Part shown: piece by piece, positions 49,401 to 60,800 of the stretch
How the letters are laid out: each line of letters starts with the position of its first letter
How positions within the stretch are numbered: position 1 is the first letter of the stretch
NCBI GenBank assembly: GCA_030141605.1
Contig: JAQGDQ010000757.1
Span: 1 to 64,000, forward strand
Reading direction: 5' to 3'
Source: Tubiluchus corallicola
Taxonomy: Eukaryota; Animalia; Priapulida
DNA: 64,000 nt
The notes under the pieces: model-generated
Seen by the model: the letters and a program-made list of their open reading frames with translations, nothing else
What the model was told of the DNA's origin: nothing
Databases searched by the model: none
Position numbers and translations under genes: made by a program

Positions 49401-52400
49401 CTGCATGTGTTGAAAGTTGAAGTAATTTTGTTTTTTCACAGCAATTCTTCCAAACAAGTAACTACATTCTTGACTGTGATAAGCTGTTGAATGAGATGAA
49501 GACTCGAGCGCAAAAGCTAACCACGTATTCTGCTCAGGTATTGAGCTTTGCAAGGTTCTGTTAAATGTGTGTTTAAAACGATTTTAATTATTGTGAATAA
49601 TTTATATATTGTTTTAATATTGTGAATAACAATGCTTAAAATCAAACTAAACCCTTACCATAATACAAGCTTTTATAACACAAAATATTATGTTTGTTAG
49701 AAATACAATATTTATTTTACTATGAACTCACTATAAAATTTGTTTTCTTTGATTTTTGTCCTTCTGTTATTTAATTTTGAAAATTTGAATTAAGGCCATT
49801 TTTATGTTAAAAAACCTCATCGTCTTTTGGGGTTGTGTAGGCCTTTAATGACGTCCTGCAATTCTGCTATTATGAAACAATAATACTAGCTTCATTAACT
49901 TGCTTTTCCATATATGTAAAATTATTATAAAATGAAATGATTTTTTTCAACCATTTTGTATTGTTAAAGTATTTTGGTTTTACATTGCAAATTAGCATTG
50001 CTTAATGACATTGCATGAATATAATTTCTTTAACTACTTTAGGGGGAAGAAATACCTAAACCCGCTGCATCTGTCCAGAAGCAGTTTAAGGAGAATGAGA
50101 AAACATGGTACCAACTGCGTAACAGAATCGAACATTTGTACCATCAGTTGCAACAGGAGGATCTTGACCCTTGGCAAAATTATGATAATGTGTAAGTAAA
50201 AACTGTTATTAAGGAAAATAAGTACAAATCAGTACAAATTTTTGTTTTTCTGACTATATTTATTTATCTGGAGTTTTTGGCAGTCTATCAAATCATTAGT
50301 AATTAAATCACCACTGTATAAACTAATGAGTTTTCACTATATTTGTACAGTTTTTATCACTGCTGTCAATAGATGTTATTGGCTATAGTAACAACTTTTC
50401 AACTTTAGCCACTGGTTCGATACACTCTGTGCTGCTACTTAGTCTTCGCAACTCTCAGAGTTCATGAATTTCCTTTGTATGACTAATATCTTTAACTGCA
50501 TATTTTTAATTTACTATTTTTTATGTGTGAGAATGTGAAATGCAGCAAAATAAATAAATAAATAAACAAATGAATAAAAATTCTGGGGAGGTTATATTAC
50601 ATTTTTTATCTACAGCTTCATGTAATTGCCACTGCCATTGCCAGTCATAAAGGTGTACTTTTTTTTACCACCTAGACAGCCTAATTTTAATAACCTTAAT
50701 TAATTTTAATGATGTTATAGGAGTCAAATAAATACAAAAAATTCTAACATGAACAGGAGAGATTTGAGTTAAGCCCGTTGGAGCTTCATTTTCAATTCTG
50801 ATAATAAAGAACCCTCCCACGTTTATAAAAAAGAAAACTTCATGTAACTATATTCATCCATTACTGCATGTAACAGACAACCATTCAATGGCTGCTAGTG
50901 TTTGTTTTTCCAAAAAATAAGCATTAAGCATTAATGCTGATATTAAAAATATGTTTGCTGACATATATGTTTGCTAACTACAATTACAGGTTTTCATCAT
51001 TACAATCATGGATGAATGTGATGCATACATCATTGGGTCAAATTAAACAACAAACATTAATGACATGTGAGAATCGACTGCTTTTTACCCAGTTTATGGT
51101 AAATGACAAATTTTTATTTTTTTCATTTGTTCACTGTGATTACAGTACCCAAATTGGCTTTATTGTTAAAACAGCATAATTTTTTAAAATAGCTTAATGC
51201 CAAAAAGTACTAACATTAAGTGTTCTCAACTTGTTTTAGTAATAATAGTCATTATTTTAATGAAGTTTTAAAGACAACAAACAGCACAAGCTGTAGTTGG
51301 TTTTACATAACATAACAAGTTAACATAACATAACATAACATAACATAACATAACATAACATAACATAACATAACATAACATAACATAACATAACATAACA
51401 TAACATAACATAACAAGTTAAATTTACTTACGGAAAGCCAGTAGTATCTTTTTTCATTTTTCAAATAATTCATTGTTAAACACACATCCTGTCAAATGTA
51501 AACTGTTTGAACTGTTTCTGCGGTTCTAGAAGTACCTTCATCTGAATATGTATCAGCATTATTTCAGGCTAATCCTCTTACTTACTGGATTTACAGATGC
51601 AGTTAACTGTTATGAACAGATAATTCCAATCTTGTGACTTGATCTGTCAGTTTGTTCATAAACAGTACAGCAAATAAGTACAGGTTACAAAAATACGTCT
51701 TTTTCACCTTTTTCTTTTTATGCAGGCTGCATGTGAGGATGCAATCCAACAAGAAGGGAAGATTTTGTGGCTGCAAGAGGAGTTTGAGAGACTTAAACTA
51801 AATTCACCTCCCAAATATGTGATGGACAAGGAAGCAAAACTGCAGATGTTGGTTGACCATTATCAGAATCTACGGCCCAAAATTGGTATGCTTTTTATGT
51901 TACTTAAATTTTCACATAATAAAATATAAGAAAATTGTTTAATTTTAAATTTAGTAGATAGTCAGACTGATTGTCTGATAAAGGTGGGTGGAGACAAATA
52001 AACAAACAGACACATAAGTAGTTATGCAAATAGGAGTGTTTTCACTATAAGAAATAATTGAAAAAAGCGAAAGAATTTTATGTACACTTGATTACTAACT
52101 TGATTTTAGCACACAAATAACATAAGTTACAATGTTGTCTTTTGTCATAATACCATTAGCATCTTTGATTTCAACACATAAAAATAATAACAAGAGTGCA
52201 AATAAGGATGGTTGCTAGGTGACAAGGGTGGTTGCTAAGTGACCTGTTGGTTTTTCACCTTTCAGTTTATTGCACCTTGTGTGTCTGTAAATTTCTATAC
52301 ATGATACGAAAAAGCCAAATAAATGCTACGTTCTAAAAAATTCTAGCGTATAAACATTTGGCAACTAAAAAATAGCAGTTAGCATAAAGAACAAAAGTAG

Positions 52401-54828
52401 TATTTGCACATATTAACTTATTGTTGTCGGAAACCATTGAAATATGGTTGGTATTTAGGTCAAATACTCCCTTTTTCTTTCTTTTTTCCACTGGTAGATG
52501 CCTATCTGGTGGATTTGAAATATGGTGGGGCATTTGCTGATAAGATTTTGTTATTTTTATTTATTTTTGTACAGTTACCTTGGCTCATAAAGTTTTCTAA
52601 AGTGTAATATGCTGTACTGTTACATGGTATTTTAATTTCAGAAATGACCACAGGCCAGTTAGACATAATAACTTCTTGTTATGCTTACCTGCAAGACACT
52701 GAGTCAGTTCGGTGCTGGTTAAAACAGGCTAAGGCTGCTATCATAGCAGAGCCAAGAGTGGCAAGCAAAGACAATGTACGGCACATGCTCTCTGATCATC
52801 AAGTATGTGTTTGTGCACTTTTATTGTGTTTGCATGGAAGATGTTGTTAATCGTCAACTTTTTGCAATTCCTTAGAACAAATCAGTATGATTTTTCATTT
52901 CCTACTCCATTTTGAAGTAAGCTAAAAGGTGAACATGTTAAGACCTGTGATAATGTCAGTGCGTTTATTATAATTGAATAATAGGCTAAAATCTTATTTA
53001 ACTGCAAGCGCGTCCAATTTTTGATGCCATCACAACTGAACATAATTTTGAACGGCACAAATATTCCATGTGTGTGTTGCATGTGTTTACAAAAGCGAAA
53101 ATTGAAGTATGGTACTACTGTACAACATTCCATGTAATATACAAAAATTCAGCAAATTTTAAGTTCAAAATTCAAATTTCAAGTTTACTGCTATCCAATG
53201 TGTACACTGCGTTGCAACTGAACAACTCTGTACTGTGAGTACAGCACACATTTTTTGCGCAATGCTGTGAGATGCAGGCGTTAGTGCCCATCTGACTAGA
53301 GAATGGGGCAATGCATGTAACAGTAAAGAAATTGCCTCGTGAACATGAATTTTCAATTCTGCAGTAATAATTCTTTTACGTAAGTCATTCTTGGAAAAAA
53401 TAGTATGTTCCCTCTTAGTATTTTGTAGGGTAGATTCTACTGAGCTATAGTTTAAGATTAGGTCGTGATAAAGCACTTTCTTCAGTGGTATTTTTCCAGT
53501 ATAGCATATGAAGAAAATATGTGAAAGCCAAAAAATCCCTATCTTTTTTATCCTTAAGTGTTTCATGAATGATCTACATTAAGTTGTAAATTATAGATTT
53601 TTAGATATTAAAATGTGGTTAGCCAGAATTAATAAACTTAGCCTAAATGATCTAGCAAGATTCTAAGATTGAATCCTGTTTGACTCATAATTGTTGATTG
53701 CATATAAAAAGTTAGGTTTATTAATTAAATTATCACAGTTCGTTATCTGAAAATATATCATTGAGTAAGGCCAGCTAATTTGATTACATTGATAAGTTAT
53801 AAATTGTCAAAGGATCTTAAATGCAGAATAATGTGTTACTTTGCAAAAATACGATACTTTCAAATTAACAGGTGAATACTATCATTTATTTTTTCTTTGC
53901 AGTATATTTTACAAGAATTGGAAGAAAAAAGCGGCGAAATTTCGGATCAAATTCAAAAAGGCCACCTTTTGCAAGGAACGCGATTTGCTCCAGTTTTTGT
54001 AGGTGAAATTGTAGAAATTTTGGGCAAGACCAGTGAAGATATACAGGTTCCTGCAGAGAAATCAATGTCAGTATTAAAGGTAATAGCCTAAAATAATCTA
54101 GCTAATTTTAAGTTACCAATGCTGTTTTTTACAGCAAAAATTTTACAGTTAATGTCCTGTTTTTTAATTGCTACTTGCTTGTTTTTTTTGGTAATTGCCT
54201 GTGTTAATTCGACATGTTAAGGATTCAATAATGTTGTTCAGTAGCACAATGTTTTAGTTAAGCTTTGCTCTAGAGCAAAAATATCTTTATAATCGAGTTC
54301 TATAATCCTTTAGTAGTTATGGTTTAATGCGATTGAGTTTTCTGAGTAATTGTTTGTATTGATCTGCCTAATATTTTATTATGGAATTGATAATATTGTT
54401 AAATGGCACCACTTTTAATTTAGAGTAACTAGAACACGAGAAACTTTAATTTGAAAGAGCAAATTTTCTTAAATGGTGACTATCTATAGAATCATTCTCT
54501 CAGTGTTTTTTGGATTTTTTTCCACAATTTTGTTAATGAAATGTGAAAAATATTTACCTACTACTAGTTTTTAAGACATAGTATTGCAACAATCCCTCCA
54601 GAGAGGGAAATGCTTTACAAAACTTAGTCTTTTTAATCATTGTATCTCTACAGAACATTATTGCAATGAGGGATCAGCAAGAATCATACACAGATCAGGT
54701 CGTACAAGAAATACGGTTTGCTGAAGCAGAACTGCAAAAGCCTTACATTTACAGTGATAGTAACAAGGCATACTGTGGGCTTGAGCATGCTCAGGTTAGT
54801 CAATAAGTTAGGTGTATGCATGTGTGTG

Positions 54829-54860
<32 letters not shown>

Positions 54861-57800
54861 GGTGTGTGTGTGTGTGTGTGTGCGTGCATGTGTGTCTTCT
54901 AATTAATGCACTTGTATTGTTTGCTGTTATTATTCCTTGTAATGAATGTATGCTATTGACTTGTCATCATTTTGCACTTTCTAAAAAATAATCATCTGTT
55001 CTGTTTTCGTATTGTAGGTTTTAAATTTTTAATTGGCTGAGGCTGGCTGCTAAAGAGCTGAAACATCCCAAATAAATTGCATTATTATGTTCATTATATC
55101 GATGGTGTTTTTGTTTCTAATTAGACCTCATTTCTAATAAGTGATTGAACCATGTAAAAAGATGTCTCCGTCTGGTCTAATTATGTAGATATGCTTATTA
55201 AAATGTTAGCTGTTTATATTTCTAAGGCGTTTTGGACTATAGCTCCAAATGCAAAGAAAAGAACGTTGATTTAGTGTTCGTTGTCCACATGTAGTAGATG
55301 ATTTGTTACATTCTGTTCATGTTTTTCTAAGTTTACTTATCTGTCCATCTAGTTAAAGTTATGCTTGCTACAAACTATGGGCCGATCATGGTTATTCAGA
55401 CTCCTGTGTCAGAACTTTGACAAAGGTATTAATATCTTGCAGATGTGTCAAGAAAAATTGAACAACATTGTCAGAGACTTGGATTTGCTACATTCAGTCA
55501 CATCATCTTTATGCGAATTCTGCACCCCGGAATACGCTGCTCATGTGTTGAGTGGCATTCAAGAATTGGAAGCCAAATATGCGACTGTATCTACTCAGGT
55601 CTATCCTAATTTGTGTTGTCCTCAAAATGATAATTGATTAAATTTTTCACACAAATATTAATTTATTATAATATTTAGCTATTCTGTATCTTTGTTGAAG
55701 TTACCAATTAAGCAATTATGTTATATTAATAAGTTGAGAGTAGCATCAAAGAAATTGTTTGTAGAGTGAATAAGATGAGAAGCATCCAAGTAATTTGTTA
55801 CTGATCTTGTAATTAAGAATTAAATTTGCATCATTAAAAGCACACAAGTATTATTAACGTCCAAGGTTTCAGCAAATTTCTTTGCCATGATCAATGCCAC
55901 TTTAAACAGTATGAAAAGTATTTAGAAACAAAAGGTATTGGTTTCTATATACAAAGGTTTGTATATACATGAACTATAGAAACTGCGCCTACATAAAAAA
56001 TGCTAAATTTAAGTTAGTACTTGATGGTAACAGAAAACTTGATCCTAACAATTTGGCTGCATTGCACGCTTTCACCTCAAGAAAAAGTTTCATTGTGCTA
56101 CAGTTAATAAAGTCATTATTATAAGTAAGTTTACTTATAAATGACAAATTCCTTCTTTTTGTATTTTTAGCTCTCATCTAAAGTGAGTCAGTTAAAAACA
56201 TTATGCAGTCTGTGGCAAAAGTATGAGCAAGATACAACACAAGTATTGCAGTCCACAGCCCAGTTCAAGGTAAAATTGGCAGAAATTCAGGAATCAGTAT
56301 TTTCCACACAACAGAGGATTGAGATGGTTGAGGTGCGTATGATACAAATTGTTTGTTTAACATATATTTATTTTAATTTCTGTTAGATTTGTTATTACAA
56401 TTTTTTGTATATTAAATATCTTCATGATAATAAGCCTTTCCGTAGTTTCGCTATGCGTACGCGCAGTTGCTGTCAGTCAAAGATTAAGTGAACGCAGCGC
56501 GTCTTAACTACATCTGTCACGTGATCTTATGCACGTAACTACTTGTAGGTGAAACGGGTTAAACTAACATGTTATTCTTATCTGAATACAGTTCGCAAAA
56601 TAGCAGAAGCAATCCAGTAAAAATGAAATAGATGAACTAAAAATTAACGCCAAAAACTGTTACTGTTATAACAACATGACTTTGTCAAGCGTAAACAAAT
56701 GCAAAGCATTGTTTGGTTCAGATAATGTTGTTAGGTTCACGTAACCGTTGACGTTTTCATGATCTTCATCAATTGCTGGAATTGTGAAAAGGCTTAAGGA
56801 AATGTCATGACTGTATGAATTGTTTAAAATAGATGTTGAAGTCGGAACTTGAACTGATGAAGCATCTGGTTTTGGAACTTGAAGATCAAGTTTTGCCAGA
56901 GATGACTGCCATGAATGACCAGCTAACATCTACTCTGAAGCTTGAGGTGCAAGCCCTACTTGAGGAACTGAACGGTAGATTGCACTGTTTTGTAACTTGA
57001 AATTTGTAACTTGAAAACAAATGCTGGCTGAGTACCAATATGATAGGTTACTTTGGTAGGTTGCTTGTGCACAGAAACTAACGAGGTTTAGCCTTCTATA
57101 GGAAATGTGTTAAAGCAGTTGAATGATTACACGCCAAAGCCAAAGATGTAAGCTGTAATTCAGCAATCCAGTGCTGAAATTTGAAGTGTAAATCTGTGTT
57201 GTACAATTAAATGGTGCTGGAGACATTTAAGTGAATGTAAAAGTTAGGATGAAGTTGATCTGTAGGTAATAGTAAGTAAGCAATTTATTGTCATTATGTT
57301 ATAATATACTGAAATTTGTGTGGTTTTATGCACTACAACAAAAGAAAATTAACACAAACCAATTCATTTAGTTGCTGAGTAAGCACTAATAAGCTGCATA
57401 CATTGATATAGAAAATATTGTAAATTTGCTGAAATTTACTTTTGATACTGCAAACTGCAACAGTATAGGTGGAATTTAAAGTCGTTTTGGTTTTAAGTGA
57501 ACGATATGAACAGTTGATTACTGGATTACACTTACATTTGCATTTAACTTCATCGTTCAAGCTTGAACATAGTTACGAACATGCATTACATATAAAACAC
57601 GTGAGAGGTTTGAGGAAAAACACTGGCAGAGCAACTAGGATCTTTTAAAATTACAGAAAAATGCTTGACTACAAGATCCATAGTTTTTTTGTAGAGTTAA
57701 TGAAAAATTAGTGTTATTGCTATAAAACAAGTTTAATTTTTATCTAACATTCTTAAAATGTTTTACCTTATTTTTATTTTATTGTATTTTTCATTGATAC

Positions 57801-60800
57801 AAGCAAAACTAGAAAGCAGATTAAAATATGACTTAAGATATATTATTATATAATGTATATATAATAAATATGTATATAAAAGTCTTATATAAATACCTTG
57901 CATTTATTCATTTTTTAGATGTTTCTGATACTGTTAGTGTGGAAGATGAAGCTCTGAGAGTAGAAATGGCCGGAGAATATCTGCAAGATGCTATGTTGCC
58001 TTTCGAAACTTTCCAAGATGCCCAAACTGTAGTTAAGGACGAACAGCCAGAAAGGGGAGTTGAAGCAAACGTAGAAAAAGAAACTATTTTCAAAGGAGTT
58101 GACCAGGACATTCCAAATGATTTTAACTGGACAGTTGATTTTGATGAAATGAGTGGTAAAATTATAGAGCATGATCAAAGCCAAGAGAAAATTATTACAA
58201 AGAAAAAGGTTGATGTAGATCATGAACCCATTATACTTTCTGAAGCTGACGAAGTGCCAAATGAAACTGTGATTAGCCAAGAACTCATTGTTCCTTTTCA
58301 AGTAGAAACAGGCGGCATTGGTGATAAAGATGATAAAGAACAAGAGGTAAATGGCTTTGTTAAAGTTCCTGATCTTCTTGGAAGCACTGAAGCCATTTTG
58401 GAAGCTGTATCACCTGATGATGAGACAGCACCCACTTTCTTTAATGTGGAAGATGAGTTTCCTCTACTTGCCAGTATAGATTCAGAAGATGAAAATAAAC
58501 TACTAGTTGATGTGTTAAAGCAAGACTTAGATCACATTGCAGAAAGACCTGATGAACTTGTCCCATGTGTGGCAACTGTTGAAGATGAAATTTACAGAAA
58601 TGATGCGGACGATACATCTGTTAAACGTACAAGTGGCAGAGAAATGCCAGAAGCAGATCGGATATTTGAACCAATGCTTCCAGCAGATGAAGAAGTTGGA
58701 AGCGTTTCGGAAGAGTCAGATCAGGAGAGCAGAGAACTAGGAGAAACTGCTGCCATATATGAAGAACATCTAGTGCGGTTATTCAGCAATCTGGATGGTG
58801 CCGAGCTGGTCGTCAATTCAGATCTTCCGGAGTGCAAACATTTAGAAGACATTGATGAACTTTTGCAGAATCATAAAGTAAGGAGCTAAGATTTTGTTAC
58901 ACAGAGCAGTAGCTAGTGATAAAAAACTTGAATAACACCATGGCCTAATCGTAGATGTTGAAGTTTTACTTTCTGGATATATTTTTGTCAGTAGAGGTAG
59001 CACCGTTGGTTGTATTGTGTTATATTAATAGGGTAAGGCTTTATTTAGGCTTTGCGTGTCATAATTATCCAACTATAGCCTTCAAACAGTAAAACTAGCT
59101 GACATAATTTTAAGGTTCTTATGTGTCATACTAGGCTTTCAATTAACAAGAGTTCTTTGTAATGAGTAATTGAACCCCTAGACTAGTCTACCAGCATTGG
59201 TAGATCATTTAACAGAATCATGTAAGCATCTTTTAGTCTTTGTATCCGTTTCACTTGTAATGTCACAAATATGCATGTTTTGTTATACTGAAATGGTTAA
59301 AAATTTAATTGTGGGAAAAGTTCTCAAAGTAAAGTACGGTTTGTAACACGACTTTTCAGTTCAATGCTGCTCTATGGATTTTTCAAGGTAAACATTAAAT
59401 TAGAATATGCTGTCAGAGAGGTAGTTTTCTCTTAAGTCGATCCTGATAAATTTTATTCTCACTTCTGCCAACATGTATAAGTAGTTGCCATTTTTATAAG
59501 CCCTAGGAACTAATCTTGTTCCAATTAACTCAAAAAAGAGGCCCAGTGTCATTTGACTTATTTGATGTGCGAAAAAGAATAATGTTTGATTAAGCTTGTA
59601 ATAGGCTGTGACTAAGGATAAACTCTGTTAACAGGAATTCATGTTAGAGCTGGCTCCTCATGAAATAATGCTGCAGGAAATTCTGTCGCAGGCAGAACAG
59701 TTTCCATCAATATCTGTAAATGTGCATTCATTAAGAGGTAGATGGGACAACTTGCAAACAGCTGCTGAAAAGCGAACAGAGAGGTACCTTGTTCTTTTAC
59801 AGGCTTTACGACAGATAAGAGTGTCAGAAATTATGTCCTGTATACAAGGCCGGATTATGACCTTTTGCAGCCCCTAGGCTAATTAAATTATAAGCCCCCT
59901 CTAACAGAGCCACTCTTTAGCTCGTCTGTCTTGTCTCAAATATTTTTTACTATTTTTTACTAAAACACGTTTTAGTAAACTTATTGCAAATTCAGCTTCC
60001 TTTTTTAAACTTGAAATTTTGCTTGAAGTTAAATGAAGTATTCAGCAATACAAAATATTAAAATATTAAATTCATTAAAAAAAATGTTTGAAAGCTTGAG
60101 TGGCCCTAGGCTGCAGCCTATAAGGTAGTCGGGTCCTGACTGTATGCCAATTTACATAATTTATGTTACATAGTTAAAGCTGATTATCATCATAATGGAA
60201 TTTAATGAAAATCTTTAAATTTAACAAAATGTAAATGTGCTGTAATTCGTTGTTGTTTGGCTTTTTAAGCAGTTTTACAGGGACTGTGTACAAAGAATAG
60301 TAATAGCCAGTTAGGTTACGAATTTCCGTGCTGTAGTGTTTGCGAATATGACAAATAGTTTCGTTGTCTTTTATATTTAATTTGGTACACTGCAAGCTGG
60401 AATCTGGTAACCAGTGACAGGGCCTACTCAAAGCAGAGGGTTATGGTAAGACCGGAATCTTGCTCATTACAAGGCTATCTCTCTGAGATTAGACACTCAG
60501 TCATTAGAAGTGTCTCTGCCACATTCAAATGTGAATACATCTTCCCTCAGTGAGACAAGCAGACAGAATCACCATGGTGAAATAAAACCACCCAGAAGGA
60601 GTATTGAACTCAGCAATCACTCATCCATTACTGATTGTCTTAGTGACATTCCTGAATTTCATCACCAAATCCATGTCATAACTACTTGCCTGTTTACCTT
60701 CGCTTTACTAAAGAACTCACCTTTTTAGGATTGAGAATTTGCTGACAGACTGGAACAATTACAGTACGGAAGCAGAGAAAGTGCGTCCATATTTAGATGC

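Larger units (their letters stand above)
30602..56546 (+). repeat. Right arm of giant inverted repeat
   Basis: Reverse complement of 1..28489 with SNPs and indels. The true outer end may lie beyond 56546 because the partner arm is cut by the window. Confidence 0.97.

Noticed and set aside
1-56546. Palindrome as a single-molecule fold-back or amplification chimera
   Set aside because: Such chimeras give identical arms; these differ by a TSD-flanked TE, indels in both directions and many synonymous SNPs. A two-haplotype mis-join is not excluded.
56850-57126. TGA at expected Trp positions suggesting a variant genetic code or readthrough
   Set aside because: All intact exons use TGG for Trp, and the same segment also has TAG/TAA stops and frameshifts, so decay explains it.
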